The translations under genes were made by a program, and so were the position numbers. A stretch of 64,000 bases of DNA, taken from assembly GCA_963729625.1 (NCBI GenBank), contig CAVSOU010000010.1:480001-544000 (forward strand), in the 5' to 3' direction. Below are positions 51,615 through 62,795 of this stretch, piece after piece. The notes below the pieces were generated by a model, which saw nothing but the letters and a program-made list of their open reading frames with translations, was not told where the DNA came from and made no database searches. Within the stretch, counting starts at the first letter, position 1. Each line of letters begins with the position of its first letter. The stretch comes from an uncultured bacterium. GTDB taxonomy: Bacteria > Chloroflexota > UBA5177 > JANWHV01.

Positions 51615-52208
51615 CTACAGCACGCCTTTGGAGCTTGGGATGCGCACGCCACGTACCGGATCGAGACGCGTGGCTGCATGCAGCGCTCGGGCGAAGCCCT
51701 TAAACGCCGCCTCAACCCTGTGATGGTCATTTTCGCCTGCTAACTGGCGAATATGCAGATTGCATCGCGCCTCTGTGGCCAGTGAGTGGAAGAAATGTGA
51801 CACCATCTCGTCCGGCATTGTGCCGAGCATCGCACCCCTGAGAGGCAGGTCGAGCGCGCAGTATGGGCGGCCGGAGAGATCGACGGCCACCAGGACCAAC
51901 GCATCGTCCATCGGCACCACCGCGTGAGCCATGCGGACGATGCCGCGCCGGTCACCGAGCGCCTGTAGAAGCGCCAGGCCGAGCGCAAGTCCGGTGTCTT
52001 CGACCGTGTGATGAGCGTCGACGTGCAGGTCTCCAACAGCCTCCACGCTGAGATCAAACAGCCCATGGTGCGCCAGAAGGTCCAGCATGTGATCGAGAAA
52101 GCCCACCCCTGTCTTGACCGCGGCCGATCCGCTGCCGTCGAGGTTCCATCTTGCGTCGATGCGCGTTTCACCTGTGAGTCGCGAGCATGTGCCGACACGT
52201 GGCTCCAC
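51615..52208 (-). CDS. hisB: Imidazoleglycerol-phosphate dehydratase
   Basis: FLDHML, DAHHTVED, PMDD, NDHH..EA.FK, PSSKGVL. Confidence 0.96.
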   Translation of the reverse strand: MEPRVGTCSRLTGETRIDARWNLDGSGSAAVKTGVGFLDHMLDLLAHHGLFDLSVEAVGDLHVDAHHTVEDTGLALGLALLQALGDRRGIVRMAHAVVPMDDALVLVAVDLSGRPYCALDLPLRGAMLGTMPDEMVSHFFHSLATEARCNLHIRQLAGENDHHRVEAAFKGFARALHAATRLDPVRGVRIPSSKGVL

Positions 52209-52274
52209 AGAATTGACCTCCCCTATTTCAGGAACGCTCTATCGAGCGAACTTGGGCTAGAGCGTTGACACGCC

Positions 52275-53414
52275 TCAACGGCTCCAGGCGCCCGCGGCCA
52301 GGACGCGGACCACTGCCTCGGCCGCCCTCTGCACCAATGGACCGGTCCGCGCAAATGCCTTAGCCGCCGTCATCGGACCGTCGACCACCGAGAGAGCTGC
52401 CGTAAGGCCAGCCGCATACAGAGGGCCGAGCTCGCGCACTTTCAGCGCTCCGGCCAGGGCAACGACCGGTATGCGGTGTCTGGTTGCATGCGCCAGCACG
52501 CCACTCACCACTTTACCATGAATCGACTGGCGGTCTAGTCGACCCTCGCCTGTCAGCACCAGATCCGAGCCCGGCAGGTATTCGTCAAAGCGCACGGCAT
52601 CAAGGATGAGCTCGATTCCAGATTCCAGGGACGCTCCGGCAAGCAGGAGGCCGGCGGTTAGGCCGCCAGCCGCCCCTGCTCCGGGGCGCGAGCCAATATC
52701 GACGCCAGTGTCACGCGCGATGATTGCGGCATACCGCGCTAGATTGCGATCGAGCACCTGGATGCCTGCCCGACTGGCGCCTTTTTGCGGTCCGTACACC
52801 GCGGCAGCGCCTTCCGGGCCAGTCAGTGGATTCGTCACGTCGTTCGCGATCCTGAGCGAAACGTCGTGCAGTCGCGCCCGCAGGGCCGAGCTTTCAACGG
52901 ACGCGAGCCCGGCTAGTCCAGTGTTGCCGGGCTCGATATCGCGGCCGTTGTCGTCGACGAGGCGCGCCCCAAGCGCCATCAGGGCGCCTGCGCCGCCATC
53001 CACTGTCGCGCTGCCACCGGCGCCAACCACAATTTCGGTAGCGCCCCGATCGAGCGCCGCGCGAATGAGCTCGCCGGTCCCAAAGGTGCTGGCCCGGAAT
53101 GGATCGCGCTCATCGGGTCGCAGCAGAGTCAAGCCGGAAGCACGCGCCATTTCGACCACGAACATGCCTGCGCCGAGGTCGCCGATCTCCGCGTCGATGG
53201 GCCGGCCCAACGGATCGTGCGATGGCACGATCAGGCGCTTTCCGCCCCGCGCTGCCACCAGTGCATCCAGGGTGCCTTCGCCACCATCCGCAAGCGGTAA
53301 GCGAACCACCACGCAGTCGGCGAGTGCACGTAAGACACCAGCGGCCATCGCTTCCGCCAGCGCGTCAGCCGGGAGACAGCCCTTGTACTTATCGGGCGCA
53401 CAGACCACTTTCAC
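52275..53414 (-). CDS. glxK: Glycerate kinase (GlxK/GarK family)
   Basis: APDK.KG, ADGGEGT, GGSATVDGG, YGPQKGA, GAGAAGG, TGEG..D.QS..GK. Confidence 0.93.
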   Translation of the reverse strand: MKVVCAPDKYKGCLPADALAEAMAAGVLRALADCVVVRLPLADGGEGTLDALVAARGGKRLIVPSHDPLGRPIDAEIGDLGAGMFVVEMARASGLTLLRPDERDPFRASTFGTGELIRAALDRGATEIVVGAGGSATVDGGAGALMALGARLVDDNGRDIEPGNTGLAGLASVESSALRARLHDVSLRIANDVTNPLTGPEGAAAVYGPQKGASRAGIQVLDRNLARYAAIIARDTGVDIGSRPGAGAAGGLTAGLLLAGASLESGIELILDAVRFDEYLPGSDLVLTGEGRLDRQSIHGKVVSGVLAHATRHRIPVVALAGALKVRELGPLYAAGLTAALSVVDGPMTAAKAFARTGPLVQRAAEAVVRVLAAGAWSR

Positions 53415-53873
53415 ATACCCATTGTACAGGTGCTCCTCGCCCCCAATACGCCGTGCCGTGGGCCGATCATGCCGCGTTTGCCTGTGCATTGCATTCCAAC
53501 AGAAACACTTGCAGCGCTCAGCGCGTTAGGCGGAACGGCATGTGCATTGCCGGCCCGGAACCCGACATATGCATCTATTTTGCATAAGTATGCGGACGTT
53601 CTACACGTCCGTTTAGGGTGCGCCAACTACATAGCGGTCGGAAAAAAGGTATCGCTCACAACCCTTTGTGGTGTTTCGGGCGTCGCATGTCGGTCAAAAA
53701 GGGATCTGGCCGGTGAAATTGGTGACTTTCAATGCACTGTATGCTATAGTACTGTCGGTCGTGCGCTGGTCAGGATAGCGTGGTGAGACTTTTTCCGCGC
53801 GGAAGATCACAGCTTCGAGGAAGGGGGGGAAAGCCGGAATCCTCTGCATCTGCCGGGGTGTCGGCTGTACTTA

Positions 53874-55067
53874 TTGAAGAGACGAACGACTAGTTTCGCG
53901 CATTGTGCCACCCTTTCGGCGGCAATTGCGCTCTTTGCGAATGGCCTGGGAGCGGGCTCGGGTAGCGCCGCGGCTACGCGACTCACGGCTATACAGAGCG
54001 GCATCGGACACGAGGCGAGTGCCGCGGGAAACACTGCGGCCACGGCGAAGTTGGAGAGTCATGTCGTGAATGGACACGTTCAGCCTGCGCGCAGGTTCGT
54101 CCCGCGACAGGCGCACATGCTTTCCCAATCTGTGGCCAGCATCGGTCGGGTAAAGCGACCGATGTCCTCCTATTCGCTGCCATCAGGCGGCTCCTCCGCG
54201 CCGATCGCCGGAACTTCCGGTTCCAATCGGCCGATTTCGCCTGCCCCTCAGGCACATCTTGTACGCACAGCCAGCACAGTTTCCACGGCACACCTCTTAG
54301 CTACCGGTGGGGCCGTATCCACCAATTCCTCGCCGCGCCCGCTGATGGCGGCGAACAGCTCTTCGGGGGCACTGGCGGGGCAATCTGCAACCAGGGAAGT
54401 CGCATTTGTTGGGCCGGTCAACTCTTCGGTCGGACTGACGACAGTGGTTGGTACATTTCCCGACCGCATCGCGCGCCTCTCGTCCCTGAGCCTTGAACAT
54501 GTACTCGATCGCCAGGTTCTGTCGCCGGCAACGCTGGCCGGAGTTGCACGTGTTGCAACGTCCGTCTTGAACCTGGAACTCACATTGCAGCGCCGGCCCG
54601 ATCCTTCCGGGCTCAAACTGGAGGATGTTCATCCCGGCGCTACCCAGTATCTTCGAGGTGACCAGCGCCCACAGCCGTTGCCGACGGGCACTCCGGAGGC
54701 AACTCCAACATTCGCTCGTGCAGGCTTGACTCAGCAGACGCGTACGTCCACGAGCAGTGGTCAAGGCAAGGCTAATGCAGTAGTTATGCCAGGCGGCAAC
54801 GCCCGCGTGTGCTATATTACCGGCTACACTGCCACCGGAAACCGGACTGCCACCGGCACCGTCCCTCATTGGGGAACGGTCGCGGTGGATAGCAGCGTTA
54901 TCCCGCTTGGCTCGAAAGTCTACATCCAGGGCCTTGGCGTGTTCCACGCTGAGGACACCGGCGGTGCAGTGGACGGGAATCACGTCGATGTCTTCGTGAA
55001 CTCGACGACGGAGGCCTATCAGCTTACCGGCTACAGGTTGGTGAGCTTCGTTCCGCCTCCCAAGTAG
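53874..55067 (+). CDS. Secreted 3D-domain (MltA-like) cell-wall protein with long Ser/Thr/Ala-rich region
   Basis: Signal peptide; C-terminal TATG, VAVD..VIPLG, AEDTGG, VDVF (three Asp); TGcTATAGT promoter at 53742. Confidence 0.85.
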   Translation: MKRRTTSFAHCATLSAAIALFANGLGAGSGSAAATRLTAIQSGIGHEASAAGNTAATAKLESHVVNGHVQPARRFVPRQAHMLSQSVASIGRVKRPMSSYSLPSGGSSAPIAGTSGSNRPISPAPQAHLVRTASTVSTAHLLATGGAVSTNSSPRPLMAANSSSGALAGQSATREVAFVGPVNSSVGLTTVVGTFPDRIARLSSLSLEHVLDRQVLSPATLAGVARVATSVLNLELTLQRRPDPSGLKLEDVHPGATQYLRGDQRPQPLPTGTPEATPTFARAGLTQQTRTSTSSGQGKANAVVMPGGNARVCYITGYTATGNRTATGTVPHWGTVAVDSSVIPLGSKVYIQGLGVFHAEDTGGAVDGNHVDVFVNSTTEAYQLTGYRLVSFVPPPK

Positions 55068-55096
55068 CGCTCGGCAGGACGATACCAGACACGACC

Positions 55097-55136
55097 AAGG
55101 CAACACCCGTCATCGACAGTGACGGGTGTTGCCTTT
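55097..55136 (+). terminator. Intrinsic terminator after the 3D-domain gene
   Basis: AAGGCAACACCCGTCA / TGACGGGTGTTGCCTT stem ending in TTT. Confidence 0.75.
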
Positions 55137-55223
55137 CAGACACGTATGTTCGCACAAGGCCAGCATGTTGCCGGCCGATATCGGATACTGTGAGTAGGTC
55201 TATTGTATTCTCAGAGGAGCCTC

Positions 55224-57792
55224 ATGACGCTACGACGTTCCGGTGAATTCGTGAGGGCCTGTATTGCGATTGCCGCCTGCCTGCTGGCGTTGTGCCCGGA
55301 GATTAGCTCGCCTGGGGCCTTGGTCCTCGCAAGCAGCCCCGTCATTGCAGTGGCGCCAGAAGTGAACCTCCCGCATGGACTAGAATCGATAACGGGTTCA
55401 GGGTTCGATCCAGGCGCCCAGGTTGATCTATCAGTACAGAGTACGGACATGACGAGTACCCTGGGAATCCTCGTGGCCGACGCATCTGGATCGATACGTT
55501 CCTCCATCACGCTACCGTATACGCTTGACGCCGGTCTTGCCAACATGGTCATTGCGCACGAGCCAGGAAGCGCAGTCAGCGCCAGCGCATCGGTGACCGG
55601 CGCTGCGGTGATGCCGACTGCCGGGAACGGACTGCAGATCTCCGCGAATCCCGGTGATACGCTGCACCTCCATGTCGTGGGCTTTGCGCCTCGAGATCCT
55701 CTCGCGATTCTGGTCGGTGGCCAGCCCGCGCTGATGCCGCCAGGGATTTCGCAGTATGTCACAGATCCAACTGGGACAGCAATATCTGACGTTTGCGGTG
55801 CCGGCTTTCGGACAACCCGGTCCAAGCCAGATCGTGGTGAGCGGCGCAGCAGCCGGCTCCGGTCAGGTTGACTCCACAAGCATCCCGGTGAATATCGCTG
55901 GGAACGGCACGCTCGTGGTCACGCCGAACCCGGCGCTGGCCGGTCAGACCGTTGCGATCGCCGCCGCCGGCTTCACCCCCGGGGAACAAGTCATCATCTC
56001 GCTCGACTACGTCGATGCGGGAACGCACGGTGGCGCCCTGGCTGGCGCCTCCTCTCAGGCCGACCAGGGTGGGAAGCTTGACACTGATTTCGCGCTTCCT
56101 GCTACGGTTACCGGCGGCTTTACCGCCACAGTTGACGCGCGCGGATCGGTTTCAGGCATCGTGCTGAGCCGCGACGTTTTCATCCACTCACAGCCAAAGA
56201 TCGCACTCGACCCGCCAGGAGCACCGGCCGGCTCGAACGTCACGGTGAAAGGAAGCGGTTTTGCCCCTGGCGAGCGCGTCTATGTGACGGCGCAGGCCTT
56301 CAGCGCTCCAAGCGGCGGGGTCGTCGCCGATGCCTCGGGCAGCTTCACGGATACGACAAGCGTCCGTTCGCTGGCGTCGGCCGGAGTATACTTGGTTGGC
56401 GCTTCGGGCATCCTTGGACACTCCGCATCGTCCGAGTTGACTGTCCCTCGCGTTCGCGTGCCAACTTCCGGGGTTGCCGCGCAAAGTCCGGTCGTCGACA
56501 GGACGTTCTTCGCGGAGGGATTCACCGGTGATGGGCCGGCAGTGCACTTCGGTGAGAGCCTGTACCTGCTCAATACTGCTTCGCTCACGGCGACAGGCTC
56601 TATTCAGTATTTCATAGGCATGGGCATCACGAAGACGGTCAGCATCACCGTGCCGGCGCACGCGGTTCTGAGCGAAAATGTCGGGCAGGATGTCGGCAAG
56701 AATCAGACTGTTAGTGCAATGCTTGAGCTACCCTCGTCCATCAGCGTGACGCGTACCATAACTCGAACTACCGACACAGGCCAGTCCCTTGCCTCGAGCA
56801 TAAGCTCAGGTGAGTCGGCGCTCGCTAACACCTGGTACTTTGCGGAAGGTTACACCGGAGCGACGTTTCAGGAATACCTTGCGATACTGAACCCCGGCGC
56901 CAGCCCGGCGCAAGTAACTGTTGAACTGTTCGGCCCAGATAGCTCGTCGCCAGAGGTGCCGACAAGCGTGACCGTTGCCCCGCATTCGCGCGTGACCCTC
57001 AATATGAGGGCCGTTGCCCCGGGCCGCTCCATAGGCTTGCTCCTGACGTCTGACCAACCCGTTGCCTCCGAGCGCGTGCTTTACTGGGGCGACGGCACCG
57101 GCTCAGCCAAGTACGGATCGGCCGTGAGCGGCGGCGTGCTTGGACCTGCGGCGACTTGGACTTTTCCCTACGTCTCCACTGCCGGAGGCGACCAGGCGTA
57201 CCTCAGTTTCATTGACCCCAGCTCTGTAGCCGCGCATGTGCAATTCACTGAGCTTGGTGATCGCGCGGGCGTAGCGCTTCCTACCGACCTGACGATTCAG
57301 CCGGGTACTCGCGCCACCCTCCAGATCATGGCGGGCTCCAGCTCAATCGGTGGCTCCGCCGCTGTCGTGGTTCACGCCGACGTACCGATAGTCAGCGAAC
57401 AGGCAGAATATTTTGGAGGCTCGCCGAACACAGGTTCCCACACCGGTAGCATTCTATCGGGCGCCGAGCCTACTTCACAGTGGGCGTTCCCGAGTTTGGA
57501 TTCGGATGGCTTCACCTCGGATATGTGGTACGTCGCCAACACCGGACCGAAGAACGCCCAGCTGACCGCAACTATCTATAGTGCGGATGGACAGAACTCC
57601 ACGGTCAAACTCGTGGCGCCCTCGGGACGGCTCGCCAGACTGAGTCTGGATGAATCGAAAAGCGGCCACGTGGGCGCCCCCGTTGTGTGGAACAGCGATG
57701 GTCCGGTGAGTATCATCCGCCTGGTCCGTGCCGCTGGTGCCGACGTCGCCGACATCATCGCCGGAATGGCAATTAGCCAGAACGGCCCATAG
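55224..57792 (+). pseudogene. Large secreted Ig-like/DUF5719-like protein split by a 1-nt frameshift near 55782
   Basis: Signal peptide and G.GF.PG repeats continue across two frames; later WYFAEGYTG..FQEYL.ILNP repeats; fused product about 855 aa. Confidence 0.7.
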
Positions 57793-59644
57793 CGCGGATC
57801 TGGCTGACAAGCTCCGCCGCCGGTTCGTATCGCTGAAAGGTCGGTATGACGTATACACCTGAGACCACGTGCAGACACGCGCCGAGTAGCTCGCGAGAAA
57901 TAGCCAGTCCCTCAGCCTGCCCTTGCGCTCCCGCGGTGCGCATGCGCTCGAGGACCCGATCCGTCAGCCTGACTCCAGGCAGTTCGTTGTGCACGAATTC
58001 GGCATTGCGATAGCTCTGCAACGGCATTAATCCCATCAGTAGCGGCACATGCAATGGACCGACGCGATCGAGGACCTGCACAAACAGCTCGGCATCGTAG
58101 ACGGGCTGCGTCATGACGAAATCTGCGCCGGCATCAAGTTTTCGAGCAAAACGGTCGAGCTCGGACTCGAGGTCCGAGGCTGTAGGATTCAGCGCCGCTC
58201 CGATCAGGAAATTGGTCTTCTGGCCGGTCGCGTTTCCGGCAGCATCCAAACCATTATTGAGGCCGCGAAGCATCCTGATCAACCCAATCGAATCGATCTC
58301 GTAGACACCCCTGGAGAGCGCAGAGTCCCCCGTATTCACGGGGTCGCCTGTCAGCGCAAGCACGATTCTCAAACCAAGCGCGTGCGCTCCCAGCAAGTCC
58401 GATTGTAGTGCCATAACGTTGCGGTCTCTGGTTGTCACGTGCAAAACTGGATCGATGCCGATGATCTGGCGCACGAGACTGCCCGTCGCGAGCGTGCTCA
58501 TGCGAACTCTCGCCATGGCGCCGTCGGTAATATTGAGAGCGTCGACTCCTGCGTCCTTCAACAGGCGCGCACCGGAAAGCATTCGAGCCGGATTCGCGCC
58601 GCGAGGAGGGGAAAGCTCTACACTGATGGCCAGTCTCGACTGAAATGCGGTCTCCAGCGCAGATTCTTCGACCGGGCTCACGGTGTCCGTGTCGGGCGGC
58701 GAAACGTCGACGACAACCGGTTCTCGGCGCGGCGCGTCTCGTAGTTCGGTTGGTCGGCGGAGCGACGCGGCCATTGCCGCGATGTGGCTCGGAGTCGTGC
58801 CGCAACAGCCCCCAACCAGGCTCACACCTGCCCGGATCAGACGCGAACAATAGTCGGCGAAGTATTCCGCCGACGAGAGAAACAGCAGTCGTCCTGCCAC
58901 GCGTTGAGGCAGGCCCGCATTAGGTTGCGCCGAGAGCGGCCGGCGCGTCACCGAGGCCATCCGTTCGACGATGTCGAGCGTGCTTTGAGGTCCCACGCTG
59001 CAGTTTGTACCGATGACGTCCGCACCGAGGTGGTCGAGCGCCACCGCCGCGGCCTCCGGCGTCTGCCCTGAAGGCGTCAACAACTCACTTGTGAAGCTGA
59101 GCTGTGCGACGACCGGAAGGTCGCAGACGTCACGCGCCGCGCCAATCGCTTCGGTAATCTCTTCGATGCTGAGGAACGTTTCCAGGATGAGCAGGTCGAC
59201 GCCGCCCTTTACGAGCCCTTCCACCATCTCGCGAAAGTGTGCGCGAGCCTGTAGCAGGGAAACGCTGCTGTAGGGTTCCAGCAGGCAGCCAAGTGGCCCG
59301 ATCGACCCCGCGACAAACGCGTCGACTCCGGAAACTTCGCGGGCATTGCGCGCGAGCCGAGCGCCCGCGCGGCAAATCTCTGGCACACTCTCTGCAAGGC
59401 CGAACGACGACATCTTGAAACGGTTCGCGCCGAACGTGTTCGTCTCCAGGATCTCGGCGCCCGCGGAGAGATATGCGCGGTGGATGCGCTCGACGAGCGC
59501 CCCGTCCACAAGATTCTGGCTTTCAAAACCGCGCTCAAACGCCACGCCATGAGCGTACAACTGCGTGCCCATGCCGCCATCGCAGAGTATGGGACCTCGA
59601 GCGAGGCGAGCCAGAAATGGATGGGGGCCCGCTGGCGGTCCCAT
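57773..59644 (-). CDS. yitJ: Bifunctional homocysteine S-methyltransferase / methylenetetrahydrofolate reductase
   Basis: DGGMGT, TNTFGAN, NCS.GP, GGCCGTTP followed by MTHFR domain (H.T.RDRN, LTGDP, TQPVYD). Confidence 0.93.
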   Translation of the reverse strand: MGPPAGPHPFLARLARGPILCDGGMGTQLYAHGVAFERGFESQNLVDGALVERIHRAYLSAGAEILETNTFGANRFKMSSFGLAESVPEICRAGARLARNAREVSGVDAFVAGSIGPLGCLLEPYSSVSLLQARAHFREMVEGLVKGGVDLLILETFLSIEEITEAIGAARDVCDLPVVAQLSFTSELLTPSGQTPEAAAVALDHLGADVIGTNCSVGPQSTLDIVERMASVTRRPLSAQPNAGLPQRVAGRLLFLSSAEYFADYCSRLIRAGVSLVGGCCGTTPSHIAAMAASLRRPTELRDAPRREPVVVDVSPPDTDTVSPVEESALETAFQSRLAISVELSPPRGANPARMLSGARLLKDAGVDALNITDGAMARVRMSTLATGSLVRQIIGIDPVLHVTTRDRNVMALQSDLLGAHALGLRIVLALTGDPVNTGDSALSRGVYEIDSIGLIRMLRGLNNGLDAAGNATGQKTNFLIGAALNPTASDLESELDRFARKLDAGADFVMTQPVYDAELFVQVLDRVGPLHVPLLMGLMPLQSYRNAEFVHNELPGVRLTDRVLERMRTAGAQGQAEGLAISRELLGACLHVVSGVYVIPTFQRYEPAAELVSQIRAMGRSG

Positions 59645-59717
59645 GAGCAGACCTCCCGATTGTGTAGTTGTCTCCCGTTCAGTGTAACAAACGACCTGAA
59701 TGCACAGGATCTCGACC

Positions 59718-59757
59718 GCTAACCGGCTAACCGGCTAACCGGCTAACCGGCTAACCG
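59718..59757. repeat. Perfect tandem repeat (GCTAACCG)x5
   Basis: Five exact 8-nt units read directly from the sequence. Confidence 0.95.
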
Positions 59758-59763
59758 ACAGGT

Positions 59764-60561
59764 CTATCCGCTTTGACCGGTACGAAACGGCAGCATTTGC
59801 TGTCGAAGCGCATCTGGACGGTTGCTCAGAATAGCTTCCACACCCGCCAAGGCGAGATCGCGCATCTCACGCTCATCGTCGACAGTCCAGGCCAGGACGC
59901 CGAGGCCAAGCTCGCTCGCCCGTTCGACGACCCCCGGCGTGACCAAGGTGTGCTCCAGATGCACGCCTACCGCCCCGAACTCCGCTGCCACAGTGAGTGT
60001 CGGGCCGAGCACGTCAACGGGCGGCGCAGTCGCCGGGTCAGCCACAGGTGATTCGAACAACAGCGAAGCACGGATGTCCGGATTACCGCGGCGGAGACGC
60101 ATGAATGTCTCGACATCGAACGTTGACACGACCACACGGTCTGCGAGGCCATGCGACCTGATCGTCGAGGCGACGATGTCGTCGATGCGGTCGCTGGATG
60201 AAGCATCTACCTTGATTTCGACGTTGAGCAGCACGCGCTGCCCAAGCTGCTCAAACACAGCCTCGAGGGTTGGAATACGTTCGCCGACAAAGCGAGTGCT
60301 CTTCCAGGAGCCGACATCCAGCATTCGAAGCACGGCGAGATCAAGGTCTCCGACCATCGCTGGGTGTCCCGCGGTTCGGCGCAAATCGAAGTCATGATGC
60401 ACAACCAGATAGCCGTCCGCAGAAAGGTGCACGTCGAGCTCAATCAACTCAGCACCCTGTATGGCTGCCAGGTCAAATGCGGCAAGCGTATTTTCCGGAG
60501 CGTACTCCGACGCCCCGCGGTGCGCTCCAATCAGGGGCTTATGTGGAAATGAGAGAATCAC
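59764..60561 (-). CDS. Glycerophosphodiester phosphodiesterase
   Basis: AHRGAS..APENT, ELDV, HHD, NVEIK, WTVD. Confidence 0.93.
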   Translation of the reverse strand: MILSFPHKPLIGAHRGASEYAPENTLAAFDLAAIQGAELIELDVHLSADGYLVVHHDFDLRRTAGHPAMVGDLDLAVLRMLDVGSWKSTRFVGERIPTLEAVFEQLGQRVLLNVEIKVDASSSDRIDDIVASTIRSHGLADRVVVSTFDVETFMRLRRGNPDIRASLLFESPVADPATAPPVDVLGPTLTVAAEFGAVGVHLEHTLVTPGVVERASELGLGVLAWTVDDEREMRDLALAGVEAILSNRPDALRQQMLPFRTGQSG

Positions 60562-60564
60562 GGA

Positions 60565-61248
60565 CTAGAGGTTTGCGCCACGCTCGCTGGCAAGGACCTC
60601 CTGCACAGCGACGATCAACGCATCCACAAGCCGTTTCTGGTCGTGGCCGTTGGCCCTGACACTGAGCTCCACGTCCGGTTCGATCGTCACACGGATCCAC
60701 GGGCTGCGCGTGACTCTCGGCGCGACTCGTGGCGCGGCGGCCTGAACGAGCTCTTTCGTCGACGTGTCGGCAGCCGGCGAAGGGCTGATGCCGCGCGGGC
60801 GCGGCGTCGCGCTGGTTGGCCGCTGTGGCGTCTGGATTGCCCCGGTAAACAGCGCCTGGCCTGTGAGCGCCTGCGGCAGCGACCTCGAGAGCCGATTCAA
60901 ATAGGCTTGAGCATCACCTTCCGACGGGAGACGCGAGGGCAAGGGGCGGTCCACCAGCGAACGCATTCCATCCGGCGACAACCTGGCCATGAATCGCTGT
61001 AGCTCGCGTGGGGGTACGTACTGACCAGATAGGCGCGCAACCAGGCGCAAGTGGATGAGATGGTCATCACCGTAAGGCATCGAGCCACCGCGCTGGTCGG
61101 GTGCAGGCAGAAGACCGTCCGCGAGATACTGACGCACTACCCGCTCGGTCAGTACTACGCCCTCCAGAGCGGTCACCTGCGCTATAAGATCTGCCAGACT
61201 GTACGTGAGTTCCACAGTGGATACGCGTTCCTCTAGAGTGACCATCAT
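60565..61248 (-). CDS. MerR-like HTH protein
   Basis: YSL.DL...T.R.VR.Y...GLLP.P....Y...H...L; Pro-rich linker; C-terminal W.RV.I..DVEL.V. Confidence 0.75.
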   Translation of the reverse strand: MMVTLEERVSTVELTYSLADLIAQVTALEGVVLTERVVRQYLADGLLPAPDQRGGSMPYGDDHLIHLRLVARLSGQYVPPRELQRFMARLSPDGMRSLVDRPLPSRLPSEGDAQAYLNRLSRSLPQALTGQALFTGAIQTPQRPTSATPRPRGISPSPAADTSTKELVQAAAPRVAPRVTRSPWIRVTIEPDVELSVRANGHDQKRLVDALIVAVQEVLASERGANL

Positions 61249-61314
61249 AGTTGCCAGTATAATGCCCGCGGTCCCTACTGGAAGCGCCGACTATGGATAA
61301 GACGAGGCAAGAAC

Positions 61315-61347
61315 GCGGGGTGGCGTCCAGACCGAACACCACCCCGC
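61315..61347 (-). terminator. Hairpin terminator after eno
   Basis: GCGGGGTGG / CCACCCCGC stem followed by GTTCTT on the minus strand. Confidence 0.55.
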
Positions 61348-61373
61348 CTGTCTCTGAGCTCCGGTCCGCGGCG

Positions 61374-62795
<1,422 letters not shown>

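Noticed and set aside
51615-52208. hisB, lpdA and pduO each outside their usual operons
   Set aside because: Dispersed pathway genes are common, so this is not evidence of a new system
55140-55151. ACAC-GTAT-GTTC as a second SOS box
   Set aside because: The left half is poor and the downstream gene is a surface protein
59718-59757. Tandem repeat as a CRISPR remnant
   Set aside because: 8-nt units with no spacers and no cas genes
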